DNA of 61,635 bases, counting the filler. It is 5 parts of 5 records of this genome, joined end to end, with 100 filler letters (N's around TTAATTAATTAA, not from the genome) between each part and the next. Parts side by side here need not be neighbours in the genome. Positions count along the whole stretch, not along the records: positions 1 to 24,078 come from DRR378314_1652; positions 24,179 to 29,468 come from DRR378314_1660; positions 29,569 to 37,503 come from DRR378314_1661; 2 more parts are not named here. One strand, 5' to 3'. Positions 19,710-30,659 of the stretch are shown one piece after another. The notes beneath the pieces were generated by a model, which saw nothing but the letters and a program-made list of their open reading frames with translations, searched no databases and had not been told where the DNA came from. Position numbers and translations under genes: made by a program. Position 1 is the first letter of the stretch; the number at the start of each line of letters is the position of its first letter.

Positions 19710-20603
19710 TCAGCCCATGCTCAAGCGAGCGTGGTTACTGGCGACCAGATCAACAAGAAAGTCCGCCACGGCACGGGTTCGGCGTGATTGTGTCAGGTCT
19801 GTTTGGATGACGAGGTAAATAGGCTGGTCCACGCCAAGATCAGCAGCAATACAGACTAATCCAGCTTCCTGAGCCAAAAAATGCGGTAATACTGCTATCC
19901 CTAGCCCAGCTTTAGCTGCCGCGATTTGGGTCGCCACAGAGGTAGTGGTTAACGCTGGTTCTCGCCCTTGTAGAACGCGCTCGACCCACTGTGCTGCAGG
20001 CAGGTGCGCTTGCGTCTCCCCCCAGGTGATAAAGGCATCCATGTCATAGCTGCCAGCATCAAGAGTCGTCTTACGCTGCGCCGCATAGGCTGAGCTAGCG
20101 TAAAGCCCATAGCCTAAGGAACCCAAGCGGCGCAGGGTGACATTACCGCGTTCGGGTTTGACCATTCTGAGGGCTAGATCGGCATCACGACGGTGCAAAT
20201 TGACAGTAGAGATATCCGTCACTAGCTCAAGCGTAATGCCAGGATACTGACGACGAAATTGCGCAAGCGCAGGTAGAATCAATGCCGTTGCCAAATTCTC
20301 TGCGGTCGCCAAACGCACTCTACCACTCAGTTGTGAGTGGCGGGACACATCGGTGGTGAACGCCACCGCAGCCGCTTCCAGCGCTTCAGCTTTCTCGACC
20401 AGCCCTGATCCTTCCTCGGTCAGTTGGTAGCCCGACTGTTGGCGCACAAATAGCGGTAGTTTAAGCGCTTTTTCCAGCCGTTCAATACGCCGAGAGAGCG
20501 TTGCAATGCCCAAATGGAGTTCCGCTGCGGCACCACTCAGCGTCCCATGACGAGCCACAGCCAAAAAAGCGCGAGTGTCATCCCACACCCATCCGCGGGG
20601 CAT
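19710..20603 (-). CDS. LysR-family regulator
   Basis: WDDTRAFLAVARHGTLSGAA...TLSRRIERLE; start uncertain (20603 or 20654); TTTTC-N7-GAAAA box just upstream of 20603. Confidence 0.9.
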   Translation of the reverse strand: MPRGWVWDDTRAFLAVARHGTLSGAAAELHLGIATLSRRIERLEKALKLPLFVRQQSGYQLTEEGSGLVEKAEALEAAAVAFTTDVSRHSQLSGRVRLATAENLATALILPALAQFRRQYPGITLELVTDISTVNLHRRDADLALRMVKPERGNVTLRRLGSLGYGLYASSAYAAQRKTTLDAGSYDMDAFITWGETQAHLPAAQWVERVLQGREPALTTTSVATQIAAAKAGLGIAVLPHFLAQEAGLVCIAADLGVDQPIYLVIQTDLTQSRRTRAVADFLVDLVASNHARLSMG

Positions 20604-20712
20604 CTGTTTTTCAAAACCGGAAAATGGCTTATCGAATTCGTTCATTTTTTTCATTATAGGATAGTGCCACGCTGTCACTCCGCTACTCAAGAACGGTTTA
20701 CGGAGAGACAGC

Positions 20713-21696
20713 ATGCAACAACGTACACTTGGCACCGACCTTTCTATTTCCGCTATTGGCCTGGGCTGCATGGGAATGAGTGAATTCTACGGCCCACGGG
20801 ATGACAGTGAATCACTACGCGTATTGGCGCAGGCAGTGGAGCTGGGCATCGATTTTTTTGATACGGCAGATATGTACGGACCGCACCATAACGAAGAGCT
20901 GATTGGCCGCTTCCTCGCTAAGCATAAGCCGCAAGTGCGTATCGCAACTAAGTTTGGCATTGTGCGCAACCCCGGTGAGTATCAACGACGCCTGGACAAC
21001 AGCGCCGAGTATGCGCGCAAGGCCTGCGAGGCATCGCTGCGGCGGTTAGGGGTCGAGCAAATCGATCTCTACTACGTCCATCGCGTTACCCCGGATGCGC
21101 CTATTGAAGAGACCATGGAAGGCCTCACCCAGCTAGTCAAAGAGGGAAAAATTGCCCATATCGGCCTGTGCGAGGTCAGCGCTGACACCTTGCGCCGCGC
21201 CCATGCAGTGCACCCGATTACTGCCGTTCAAACCGAGTATTCGCTTTGGACACGCGACGTAGAGCAAGCGGTGCTCCCCACCTGTAACGAGCTAGGCATC
21301 GGCTTTGTGCCCTACTCGCCACTAGGCCGGGGATTCTTGACGGGTAGATTTCAGGATACTGCGGATTTCGAGGAAGGCGATTTTCGCCCTAACTTGCCGC
21401 GCTTTTCAGATCAGGCCATGAGCACCAACCGCCGAATCGCCGACGTGATTGGTGAAGTGGCCGCCAACAAAGGCTGCACACCTGCACAGCTATCGCTCGC
21501 CTGGCTACTGTCTAAAGGCCCCAACATCGTGCCAATTCCAGGGACTAAGCGGCTGCGCTACCTTGAAGAGAATGCAGCAGCAACGTCGATTACCCTTACC
21601 GCTGATGAGCAACGTCAGTTGGAAGCAGCCACCGCACGCATTCCAGTGATCGGTGAGCGCTACACGCCGGAAGGCATGAAAGGGGTTAATGCATGA
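20713..21696 (+). CDS. Aldo/keto reductase
   Basis: [50 protein letters not shown]. Confidence 0.95.
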   Translation: MQQRTLGTDLSISAIGLGCMGMSEFYGPRDDSESLRVLAQAVELGIDFFDTADMYGPHHNEELIGRFLAKHKPQVRIATKFGIVRNPGEYQRRLDNSAEYARKACEASLRRLGVEQIDLYYVHRVTPDAPIEETMEGLTQLVKEGKIAHIGLCEVSADTLRRAHAVHPITAVQTEYSLWTRDVEQAVLPTCNELGIGFVPYSPLGRGFLTGRFQDTADFEEGDFRPNLPRFSDQAMSTNRRIADVIGEVAANKGCTPAQLSLAWLLSKGPNIVPIPGTKRLRYLEENAAATSITLTADEQRQLEAATARIPVIGERYTPEGMKGVNA

Positions 21697-21720
21697 GTTA
21701 ACTAACGCCTAATCGCCGCA

Positions 21721-22524
21721 TTATTGGCAGCGGGCGCGGACTTGAGGTGTATAGCCAAACTCCGTTTTGAAGGCAGCCACAAAACTGCTGACGCTTTTAT
21801 AGCCTACCGTATAGGCCACGGCGGTTGAGCTTTCGCCTCTATCCAGGGCTTCAAGCGCGTTCATCAACTTGAAGCGGGTACGCCATTGGCGAAAGGTCAG
21901 CCCGGTGTCGGACTTAAATAGCCTTTCTAGCGTTCGTACGCTCGCCCCGGCAAGGCCCGCCAGCTCAGCTAATGTGTGGCGATTATCCGGGTGGTTGACC
22001 ATGTGGCTAATGATACGTCGCAACCGCGGGTCAGTCCCAGAAGGTAGCGACAAATTCTCAGCGGGTAGACTATTTAGCTCATCAATCGCGACTAGGCCTA
22101 GGCGCGTCGTGCTGGCATCGTCGTCGCGACACTTTAGGGAATCGTTTAGCCTTAGCACAATCTCGCGCATCAACGTGCTCATCGCCACCATCACCACCTG
22201 GGTGTCCTGATCACGTGCCCTACAAGTAGGATCAATGTAGAGGTTGCGGGTTTCCACCAGCGTTTCACAACTCACTTGGTGGAGACAGTTACTGGGTATC
22301 CACACGCCGTGAGTAGAGGGTACAACCCACACCGCTTGTTCACTGGTAACACGCAGCACGCCGTGTTTAGCCCATAGCAATTGCCCGCGAGGGTGAGCGT
22401 GCGGCAATACCCCAGTTTCAGCCTGCATACTGCGAGCGCGAGTCAATACAGGGCGACTAGGATCGAGGACGAACGCTATATCACTGGGTGGCGACATTGT
22501 CGCTTTATCGCTATTTATTGTCAT
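21721..22524 (-). CDS. AraC-family regulator
   Basis: HAHPRGQL cupin domain; SVRTLERLFKSDTGLTFRQWR...GYKSVSSFVAAFK. Confidence 0.93.
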   Translation of the reverse strand: MTINSDKATMSPPSDIAFVLDPSRPVLTRARSMQAETGVLPHAHPRGQLLWAKHGVLRVTSEQAVWVVPSTHGVWIPSNCLHQVSCETLVETRNLYIDPTCRARDQDTQVVMVAMSTLMREIVLRLNDSLKCRDDDASTTRLGLVAIDELNSLPAENLSLPSGTDPRLRRIISHMVNHPDNRHTLAELAGLAGASVRTLERLFKSDTGLTFRQWRTRFKLMNALEALDRGESSTAVAYTVGYKSVSSFVAAFKTEFGYTPQVRARCQ

Positions 22525-22615
22525 ATCTTGCCCTCAACACGTCAGCATGCAGGCGCTATTGTAGGTCCAGCTGCGCGCACCGCGCAATTGAGCTTATCGC
22601 CACCAGGACCTCCTC

Positions 22616-24010
22616 ATGCTTCGTTCACTTCGCTTTTCCCATGCAATAGCAACCGCGGCCTTATTGGTCGCTTTGTTATTGGCATTTTTTCCCTTAGCGG
22701 GCAACCCAGCGGCATTTTCTTACAGCGCTGGCATGGTACTGCTCACGCTGGTGCTGTGGAGTACCGGGATACTCCCCCCATTTCTGACTGGCCTGATCTT
22801 CTTTGCGCTGGTTAGCATATTGGGTCTGCTAGCGCCGGAGCAGCTATTCGCGGGGTTTGGCTCAACAGCCGTGTGGATGGTTATTTCCGGGTTTGTAATT
22901 GGTTCTGCCATTACATCAAGCAAACTTGGCGATCGACTAGCGGCCGTATTGGCACCACTGCTAACGGCAAGCTATCCACGGCTGATTGGGGGATTAGTGT
23001 TAACCGCCGTAGCATTAGGCTTTGTGATGCCCTCTTCAGCGGGTCGAGCAGTGGTATTGATTCCTATTGGTTTAGCATTGGCTGAACGAGTGGGCTTTGA
23101 GCCGGGCAGCGCAGGCCGACTGGGCGTAGCCACTGCTCTTGCTGCCGCTTGTAACATGCCAAGTTTTGCGGTGCTTCCATCCAACCTCCCTAATATGATT
23201 TTGGCAGGTGCAAGTGAAAGTCTATATGGCATTCATTTTGGCTATGCGGAGTATCTACTACTGCACTTTCCTATTTTGGGAATGCTAAAAGCACTATTGA
23301 TCGTGGCGCTGGTAATAGTGGTATTCCCAGCCCGCATTGACCCACAGTTCAAGCAAGCCGTCGCTGAAACCAAATTTTCCGGCGATGCGACACAGCAAAA
23401 AAAAGTGGCTGTCATACTGGGCATTACGTTGATGTTTTGGGTTACCGATACGCTACACGGCATCAACCCTGCGTGGGTGGGGCTGATGGCAGCGGTAGTG
23501 CTAATGATGCCAAAGGTCGGTGTCATGGCCCCGAAATCATTCAATGGAGCGACAGATTTTGGCACCGTAGTATTTGTGGCCGCAGCATTGGGGGTGGGAA
23601 CACTGGTAAATGTCTCAGGCATTGGCAGTGTTATGGGAAGAGAGTTTAGTCAACTGCTGGAGACGAGCAACAGTAGCCCCTTCTGGGACTTTATGTCGCT
23701 TTCATTGATGGCCACCTTGACTGGAGTAGTCGCCACCACACCCAATGTAGCTACCATACTAACTCCCATGGCCACCGAATTCGCCGCGGCTTCAGAGCTG
23801 TCACTTTCCACGGTGTTAATGACTCAGGTAGTAGGCTTTTCCACCGTCATTTTTCCTTATCAGGTGGCGCCCTTGATTATGGCCATGCAGCTATCTAAAG
23901 AGCCTCTGAGCCAATTGTTGAAAATCATCATCCCATTAGCGCTAATAACGATCTTACTATTGATGCCATTAGACTACCTTTGGTGGCGACTGTTGGGTTG
24001 GGTGGGTTAG
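22616..24010 (+). CDS. SLC13/DASS-family permease
   Basis: Polytopic protein; MPSSAGR, LPSNLPN, FPYQVAP motifs. Confidence 0.85.
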   Translation: MLRSLRFSHAIATAALLVALLLAFFPLAGNPAAFSYSAGMVLLTLVLWSTGILPPFLTGLIFFALVSILGLLAPEQLFAGFGSTAVWMVISGFVIGSAITSSKLGDRLAAVLAPLLTASYPRLIGGLVLTAVALGFVMPSSAGRAVVLIPIGLALAERVGFEPGSAGRLGVATALAAACNMPSFAVLPSNLPNMILAGASESLYGIHFGYAEYLLLHFPILGMLKALLIVALVIVVFPARIDPQFKQAVAETKFSGDATQQKKVAVILGITLMFWVTDTLHGINPAWVGLMAAVVLMMPKVGVMAPKSFNGATDFGTVVFVAAALGVGTLVNVSGIGSVMGREFSQLLETSNSSPFWDFMSLSLMATLTGVVATTPNVATILTPMATEFAAASELSLSTVLMTQVVGFSTVIFPYQVAPLIMAMQLSKEPLSQLLKIIIPLALITILLLMPLDYLWWRLLGWVG

Positions 24011-24048
24011 AGACACCCAGTAACGATTGCTCTAGCCCAACGACGGAG

Positions 24049-24078
24049 CAATTTCCTCAAACAATTTCCTCAAACAAT
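24049..24078. repeat. 13-bp tandem repeat at contig end
   Basis: CAATTTCCTCAAA x2 + CAAT, running into the N spacer. Confidence 0.85.
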
Positions 24079-24178
24079 NNNNNNNNNNNNNNNNNNNNNN
24101 NNNNNNNNNNNNNNNNNNNNNNTTAATTAATTAANNNNNNNNNNNNNNNNNNNNNNNNNNNNNNNNNNNNNNNNNNNN
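24079..24178. other. Artificial contig-joining spacer
   Basis: 44 N + TTAATTAATTAA (stops in six frames) + 44 N. Confidence 0.99.
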
Positions 24179-24204
24179 GTCCTAGACCACTAGACGAATG
24201 GGAC
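24179..24204 (-). tRNA. tRNA-Glu, 5' fragment truncated by contig end
   Basis: Reverse complement GTCCCATTCGTCTAGTGGTCTAGGAC matches the acceptor strand and D-arm of bacterial tRNA-Glu; anticodon not in window. Confidence 0.8.
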
Positions 24205-24224
24205 GTTTCATTGCCTCGTCGAGG

Positions 24225-24261
24225 TGGCGCGTATATTACTCAGCCCTTAATGTGCTGTCAA
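24225..24261 (-). promoter_or_regulatory. Sigma70 stable-RNA promoter for the tRNA
   Basis: TTGACA (24261-24256), 17-bp spacer, TAATAT (24238-24233), GC-rich discriminator ACGCGCC. Confidence 0.85.
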
Positions 24262-24339
24262 GCACTCTGAAATCGAAACGTTTTATCCTGCCATGAGTCG
24301 CGCCTTCAAAATGGGGCGCTTTGATCACCCCCAGCACTT

Positions 24340-24373
24340 TATATAAGCGCACCTACTATATAAGCGCACCTAC
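24340..24373. repeat. 17-bp tandem duplication
   Basis: TATATAAGCGCACCTAC x2. Confidence 0.9.
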
Positions 24374-24560
24374 TTATTTCTCATACACTTACTATACCGT
24401 CACGGTAATGTCGCTTGCGTGTAAACGCCACACTGGCGGTTTTCTTACCTTTCACACATGCTGAACCTGGACAGGCTATCTACTGTCACTCTGCGTAGTG
24501 ATACGCTAGCCTGCTTAGTAAGCCTCTGTTTAACGGTAACCAGAGGGAGAGGAGATCCCC

Positions 24561-24959
24561 ATGGCGAAAATAGAAAAATCCCCTGATGAATGGCGCAAGC
24601 AACTCACCCCGGAACAGTACCATGTGGCACGTGAGAAAGGCACTGAACGCCCCTTCACCGGAGATTATCAGGTCAGTGATGCTCAAGGTATTTACCACTG
24701 TGTGTGCTGCCATGCGCCGCTGTTTGAAAACGAACATAAGTTTGATGCGGGTTGCGGCTGGCCAAGCTTTGATCGCCCACTGGGAACACGCTGCATTGAA
24801 GAGCATAGCGACATCTCCCACGGCATGCGGCGCACTGAAGTCGTTTGCTCCCACTGCGATGCCCATCTGGGTCACGTATTCCCCGATGGTCCGCCAGACA
24901 CGACTGGGTTGCGCTACTGCATCAATTCGGTGTCACTAGAGTTTCATCCTGACGAGTAA
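24561..24959 (+). CDS. msrB: Peptide-methionine (R)-S-oxide reductase
   Basis: [41 protein letters not shown]. Confidence 0.97.
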   Translation: MAKIEKSPDEWRKQLTPEQYHVAREKGTERPFTGDYQVSDAQGIYHCVCCHAPLFENEHKFDAGCGWPSFDRPLGTRCIEEHSDISHGMRRTEVVCSHCDAHLGHVFPDGPPDTTGLRYCINSVSLEFHPDE

Positions 24960-24987
24960 TCGTCACTAAATCCTCGTTCAACGTCAG

Positions 24988-25029
24988 AAAGGCGGGCGCC
25001 ATCTGCTAGAATGGCAGCCCGCTTTTTTT
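24988..25029 (+). terminator. Rho-independent terminator after msrB
   Basis: GCGGGC-GCCAT...ATGGC-A-GCCCGC followed by T7. Confidence 0.75.
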
Positions 25030-25079
25030 GTGCCCGTTTTTCGTGCTTGTATTTGCTTTGCGCTAATTAGGAGAAACTC

Positions 25080-26033
25080 ATGCTCGGCTGGTTCCCCGGA
25101 CATATGAACAAGGCCCGCCGCCAGATTAAGGACGCGCTGCCCGAAATTGATGTCGTGATTGAAGTACTTGATGCGCGTCTGCCCTACTCCAGCGCCAATC
25201 CGATGCTGGCCGAGCTGACTCGCCATAAGCCGGTATTGAAGATTTTGTCGCGGGCAGATCTTGCCGACCCTGAGCGTACTGCGGAGTGGGTGGCTTTTTT
25301 CGATGCCCAAGAAGATACCCGCGCCCTGGCAATTACCACTACCAATATTCGCGAGCTTAAAAAAATCCCTAAGCTATGCCACGAGCTGGCAGGCGCGGTA
25401 CGCGCTGATAGAGATGTCCGCGTGATGGTAATGGGCATTCCCAACGTCGGGAAATCGACGCTGATCAATGGGCTCGCGGGTCGGAAAATTGCTAAAACTG
25501 GCAATGAACCCGCGGTCACCAAGCGCCAGCAAAAGGTGCGTATCGACGGCCGCGTCGCGCTGATCGACACCCCGGGGGTGCTATGGCCAAAAATCGAAGA
25601 CCAGGCCAGCGCCTATCGCTTGGCTGCTAGCGGTGCAATTCGTGATACCGCGATTGAGTATACCGATGTAGCCATCATCACCAGCGCCGAGCTTGCCAAG
25701 CGCTATCCTGCAGAGTTGACCGCCCGCTATAAGTTAAAGGCGCTGCCAACTTATGCAGCGCCCGTAGCACAAGAGGTGGATGCTGATGGCCCGCAAAAGC
25801 CGGACTTCTTAGCCATTGCCGGTTTTGACGGCCACGCCATTTTGAAAGAAATTGCGAGTAAGCGCGGCGGCTTACGCCCCGGTGGCGAGGTCGACATACA
25901 CCGCGGTGCCGAAGTACTGCTTCACGAGCTACGCGATGGCAAGCTCGGTAGGCTTACTTTAGAAACCCCAGGTGATATTCCACCGCCACCGATACAAAAC
26001 GACGAAGACAGCCACCTACAATCCGACGCATAA
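25080..26033 (+). CDS. ylqF: Ribosome biogenesis GTPase YlqF/RbgA
   Basis: WFPGHMNKA, EVLDARLP.SS.NP, GIPNVGKST, DTPG (circularly permuted GTPase). Confidence 0.95.
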   Translation: MLGWFPGHMNKARRQIKDALPEIDVVIEVLDARLPYSSANPMLAELTRHKPVLKILSRADLADPERTAEWVAFFDAQEDTRALAITTTNIRELKKIPKLCHELAGAVRADRDVRVMVMGIPNVGKSTLINGLAGRKIAKTGNEPAVTKRQQKVRIDGRVALIDTPGVLWPKIEDQASAYRLAASGAIRDTAIEYTDVAIITSAELAKRYPAELTARYKLKALPTYAAPVAQEVDADGPQKPDFLAIAGFDGHAILKEIASKRGGLRPGGEVDIHRGAEVLLHELRDGKLGRLTLETPGDIPPPPIQNDEDSHLQSDA

Positions 26034-26088
26034 TGAGCTGATCATCAGTAACACCCACGGCCACAGGACATTTTGGATAATAAACCCC

Positions 26089-27336
26089 ATGGACACCCCG
26101 CAGCCTACAGAATCACACACGCTGAAAAAATCGCACAAACTGCATAACGTCTGTTACGACATTCGCGGCCCAGTGCTCGACCATGCCAAGCGCCTGGAAG
26201 AAGAAGGCCAGCGAGTTTTAAAGCTTAACATTGGCAACCCGGCGCCATTTGGCTTTGAGGCGCCGGAAGAGATTCTTCAAGACGTGATGCGCAACCTGCC
26301 CACTGCCCAGGGCTACTGTGATTCTAAAGGCCTTTACTCGGCGCGTAAGGCAATTATGCAAGAGTGCCAACGTAAACGGATTCCTGGGGTTGGCATTGAA
26401 GATATCTACATCGGCAACGGCGTTTCTGAGCTGATCGTGATGTCGATGCAGGCGCTGTTAAACGACGGTGATGAAGTACTGATCCCCGCCCCTGACTACC
26501 CTCTATGGACCGCCGCAGCGAATTTATCTGGCGGTCACGGCGTGCACTACTTATGCGATGAACAAGCCGATTGGGCACCGGACATAGCAGACATTCGCGC
26601 CAAAGTTACCAGCCGCACCCGAGCCATTGTCATTATCAACCCGAACAACCCTACCGGCGCGGTTTACCCGCCCGAAGTGGTACGGGAAGTGCTGGATATT
26701 GCCCAAGAGCACAATTTGGTGGTGTTCTCCGATGAGATCTACGACAAGATTCTTTATGACGGCGTAGAGCACACTGCCACGGGTGCATTGGCGGATGATG
26801 ACCAACTGGTCATTACCATGAATGGGCTATCGAAAAGCTACCGCTGCGCGGGCTTTCGTTCCGGCTGGATGACCATTTCCGGCACGTTAGCCAAACAGCG
26901 TGCCAGTGATTTCATTCAGGGCCTGACCATGCTGGCCTCAATGCGCCTGTGCGCTAACGTACCAGCCCAGCACGCTATCCAAACCGCACTAGGTGGCTAC
27001 CAGTCAATCAATGATTTGATTCTGCCGGGCGGCCGACTATTGGCTCAGCGAGATATCACGATAGAAAAACTTAACGCCATCCCAGGGGTCTCTTGTGTGA
27101 CGCCTAAAGGTGCGCTGTATGCCTTTCCCCGCTTAGATCCCAAGGTGTTTAACATTCAGGATGATCAACAGCTGGTGCTGGACTTACTGCTCCAGGAAAA
27201 AATCCTGCTGGTGCAAGGCACTGCGTTCAACTGGCCAGAACCGGATCACGTGCGCATTGTTACTCTGCCATGGGCCGATCAGCTGGGTGATGCGCTTGAT
27301 CGCTTTGCTAATTTCTTGTCTCGCTATCGCCAATAA
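26089..27336 (+). CDS. alaA: Glutamate-pyruvate aminotransferase AlaA
   Basis: KLHNVCYDIRGPV, LKLNIGNPAPFGF, NPNNPTG, GLSKSYR.AGFRSGW. Confidence 0.92.
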   Translation: MDTPQPTESHTLKKSHKLHNVCYDIRGPVLDHAKRLEEEGQRVLKLNIGNPAPFGFEAPEEILQDVMRNLPTAQGYCDSKGLYSARKAIMQECQRKRIPGVGIEDIYIGNGVSELIVMSMQALLNDGDEVLIPAPDYPLWTAAANLSGGHGVHYLCDEQADWAPDIADIRAKVTSRTRAIVIINPNNPTGAVYPPEVVREVLDIAQEHNLVVFSDEIYDKILYDGVEHTATGALADDDQLVITMNGLSKSYRCAGFRSGWMTISGTLAKQRASDFIQGLTMLASMRLCANVPAQHAIQTALGGYQSINDLILPGGRLLAQRDITIEKLNAIPGVSCVTPKGALYAFPRLDPKVFNIQDDQQLVLDLLLQEKILLVQGTAFNWPEPDHVRIVTLPWADQLGDALDRFANFLSRYRQ

Positions 27337-27361
27337 AAACGGCGGTCAATAAAAACGGTGA

Positions 27362-27390
27362 CTTGAAACTGACGTTAACAGCACGTATCT
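27362..27390 (+). promoter_or_regulatory. Possible sigma32 promoter of htpX
   Basis: CTTGAAA -35 match; -10 (CACGTAT) only weakly matches CCCCAT. Confidence 0.45.
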
Positions 27391-27443
27391 AAACTGTCAT
27401 TCCACTAACGCTTTTTAATGACCTTTGAGGGAGAACCCGCATC

Positions 27444-28349
27444 ATGATGCGAATTGTGCTGTTTTTAGCCACCAACTTAGCGGTGTTGCTGGTTGCCAGC
27501 TTAACGCTGCGACTGTTTGGGGTGGAAAGCTACCTAAGCAGTCAGGGCATCAACTTTACTAGCCTGCTGATTTTCTGCTTTATCTTCGGCATGGTCGGCT
27601 CGCTGATATCGCTGTTTATTTCCAAGTGGATGGCAAAGCGTTCGACTGGCACCGTAATTATCGAAGCACCCTCTAATTCAACAGAGCAGTGGCTGTTGGA
27701 TACGGTGGCTGAACTTTCCCGCGAAGCGGGTATTAAAACGCCAGAAGTGGGCATTTTTCCTGCTCAGCAGTCCAACGCGTTTGCCACCGGCTGGAATAAG
27801 AACGATGCATTAGTCGCCGTTTCAGCGGGCCTATTAAACCGTATGCGCCCTGAAGAAGTGCGCGCGGTGCTGGCCCACGAAATCGGCCACGTGGCCAACG
27901 GCGATATGGTCACGCTGGCGCTGATTCAAGGCGTCGTGAATACCTTTGTTATGTTCTTTGCTCGGGTCGTGGCTCAGTTAGTCGACAACTTCTTAAGAAG
28001 TCGTAGCGACGGCGAAGGTGGCCTTGGTTTTATCGGCTATTTTGCCGTGGTGATCGTGGCAGAAATCGTCTTTGGTCTAGTCGCTTCTGCAATCGTTGCC
28101 TGGTTCTCACGCTATCGTGAATACCGTGCTGATGAGGCAGGCGCACGCCTAGCGGGCACCGGCGCAATGGTGAATGCGCTGGCACGTCTCAAAGCGGAAA
28201 CTGAAATGCCTGACCAAATGCCTGATACTCTGCGCGCGATGGCTATTACTAAAGGCCAAACCCGCTCTTTGCTAGAGCAGCTGTTCGCCAGCCACCCGCC
28301 GCTGGACGATCGCATTCGCGCTTTGAAAGAAGCGGCTTACCGTCAGTAA
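27444..28349 (+). CDS. htpX: Membrane zinc protease HtpX
   Basis: [48 protein letters not shown]. Confidence 0.97.
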   Translation: MMRIVLFLATNLAVLLVASLTLRLFGVESYLSSQGINFTSLLIFCFIFGMVGSLISLFISKWMAKRSTGTVIIEAPSNSTEQWLLDTVAELSREAGIKTPEVGIFPAQQSNAFATGWNKNDALVAVSAGLLNRMRPEEVRAVLAHEIGHVANGDMVTLALIQGVVNTFVMFFARVVAQLVDNFLRSRSDGEGGLGFIGYFAVVIVAEIVFGLVASAIVAWFSRYREYRADEAGARLAGTGAMVNALARLKAETEMPDQMPDTLRAMAITKGQTRSLLEQLFASHPPLDDRIRALKEAAYRQ

Positions 28350-28374
28350 ACGCATAGTCGCTAGCTGCATAACA

Positions 28375-28406
28375 CACAAGGCCCGCAAATGCGGGCCTTG
28401 TGCTTT
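28375..28406. terminator. Bidirectional terminator htpX/pdxB
   Basis: CACAAGGCCCGCA-AA-TGCGGGCCTTGTG stem. Confidence 0.8.
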
Positions 28407-28444
28407 CTAAACCACCTCACAATCAACACACCGTCACCACACAG

Positions 28445-29468
28445 CTATACGCAGCGCACTTGAAAACCAGCCGCTAGCAATGGCGCTTCCAACACCGTTG
28501 CGTCGTTCTCTAACAACACGCGCAGCGTGGCAAACTCTCGACGCAGTGGGTAGTTTGATCGGCAGTAATCAAAACCCTTTTTGATTCCCTGGTGAAACAC
28601 GTGTCGCTGCAACGCATCGTGGTCGCGGCGCACATCGTAAACCGCGCGCGCGCATAGCCGGAGTGCTTCTTCTATCGGCATCGCTTGCTGCAGCGTTAAT
28701 GCCGACAGCGCAGGTCGTGGGCAGAGTTCGCTAAACGTAACGCCACTTGGCCGCTCGATATGCTGAGCCAGCGCCTGCTGAATCATCCACGTACCACGCA
28801 ACTTACCATCAAGGCTATGCCCGGCAATATGTGGTGTCGCCAGCGCTACCAAATCACGCAACCCGGCATCGATCTCCGGCTCATCTTCCCAAACATCGAG
28901 AATCGCCGTGATATCGCCTTTACCCGCTAAACGACTACGTAGTGCCAGACCATCAATACAGTCGCCCCGCCCGGCGTTTAGCAACACAGTCCCAGGGGCT
29001 AGGTCATTAATACGCTCAGCATTAAGCAGTTGATACGTGGTATGTGGGCCCTCTTTCACCAGCGGAGTATGCAGGCACACTACGTCGCAGTGTTCGATGA
29101 CGCTATCCAGCGAGCAAAACAGGCCCGCCTCCTTTACTGCTGCGGGCCCTTTTCCAGGCTGTTCTTTTTCTGCGCGAGGCGGATCACACACCATGGTTTC
29201 CACACCCAGTGCTTGCAAACGCTGCTGCAAACGGCTGCCAACGTTGCCAGCCCCCACGATACCCACCCTACGTGTCAGCAACGACCAACCTTGTCGCTCA
29301 CTTATCAGCAGCAAGCTACTAAGCACGTAGTCCACCACGGCGTCGGCATTACAGCCAGGCGCACTAGCAAAGCCAATGCCGCGATCGCTTAATAACGCAC
29401 GATCAATATGGTCAGTGCCAATGGTGCAGGTACCCACAAAGCGGACAGGGCTTTGTGCCAATAGCGCG
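28445..29468 (-). CDS. pdxB: 4-phosphoerythronate dehydrogenase, 5'-truncated
   Basis: FVGTCTIGTDH, SAPGCNA, GAGNVG, LDVWEDEP, TPHIAGHS.DGKLRGT, YPLRREF. Confidence 0.95.
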
Positions 29469-29568
29469 NNNNNNNNNNNNNNNNNNNNNNNNNNNNNNNN
29501 NNNNNNNNNNNNTTAATTAATTAANNNNNNNNNNNNNNNNNNNNNNNNNNNNNNNNNNNNNNNNNNNN
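29469..29568. other. Artificial contig-joining spacer
   Basis: 44 N + TTAATTAATTAA + 44 N. Confidence 0.99.
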
Positions 29569-30659
29569 ACGGCGGCAGAATTCGTAAGCTCGCTATTGTA
29601 CAGCACGACTCAGAAGCGAAGCAACACACCTGCTGTGCGCTTACTTTGTCGTTCTGGCTTGCACACGACGCCTTGGGGTTAGTTGCTAAAAACGAAATTC
29701 TTGGCGGGAAAAGACCGCGAGTGCTGTGCGCAAGCTGGCAGCCGCGGGCTACAGTCGGGCGAAGACTGCTTTCGGACCTTGACAGGAGGACGACCAAACG
29801 GGAACCTATTCGTGGACCGACCAAGCTCAGCTCCGGCAGCGCGCGCTGCATTCGGTCACGTGCGCCGCGCCAAGCGGCACGGGGGCACTTCGCAATACTG
29901 GCTACAGACGTGCCGCTCGCGCGCCTTGGCGCCGTGCAAGCCTCGAGGTTCTCACACGCTGTAGAACGAGCTTCCGCAAAGCTATGTTTGGTGCATTCGC
30001 ATAATACATAGCTTTACAAATATGCGCCGCTAAAGAAATTTATGACTGGGTCTCCAGCTTCTTTATTTCGACGCGCTGTATGGTGCGCGAGAGACTGCTT
30101 GGCTTTAGGCAGCTTAGAAGAGCACGGAGCACAAAGACCCAAAGCTCCACTCGGGCCACGCGGCTCCCTCTGCCACGACCGTAAATGAGCTTGGCTTGCC
30201 AAGCGTAGAGCTCAGTGCTGTTCAACGTTCCACTTTCACTAAGAATACATCCAAAGACGCTGTATTTCCGCATAAATCAACCTTAATGTAAGCATACTAC
30301 GGCACAACTGCAGCACGTCCAGCGTCGTAGTGCAGCAAGAAGAAAATGCGAGTGCGCGGCTCGCAGGCTTCCATCGCCACATTGAACGCACTGGCGAACA
30401 TTAGTTTCACACCTAATTAAGCTCAAAAATACACCATGTAGAGACGAGACTACACTTCGTATGCATATATGGCCAACACCAACCGTAAACTACTTCTATC
30501 TACCATTATATGCTATATCGAAGGCGCGAAAAAGGCAAGGTATTTCCAGATCTTGGCAGCGTAGGGCCACTTCGAGAGGTAGTCAAAAAGACTGAGATAT
30601 ATGGAATACCAAATAGGGCTCTCAAAAAAATGGTTCCTAAGTGGTATACATGTAGCATA

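Noticed and set aside
24079-24178. TTAATTAATTAA palindrome recurring four times within N runs
   Set aside because: Six-frame stop linker used to concatenate contigs; not biological
24340-24373. Possible CRISPR repeat
   Set aside because: Only two adjacent 17-bp copies, no spacers, no cas genes
29569-30500. Short ORFs downstream of the receptor's TM exon
   Set aside because: No domain signal and no confidently phased splice sites; cannot be assigned
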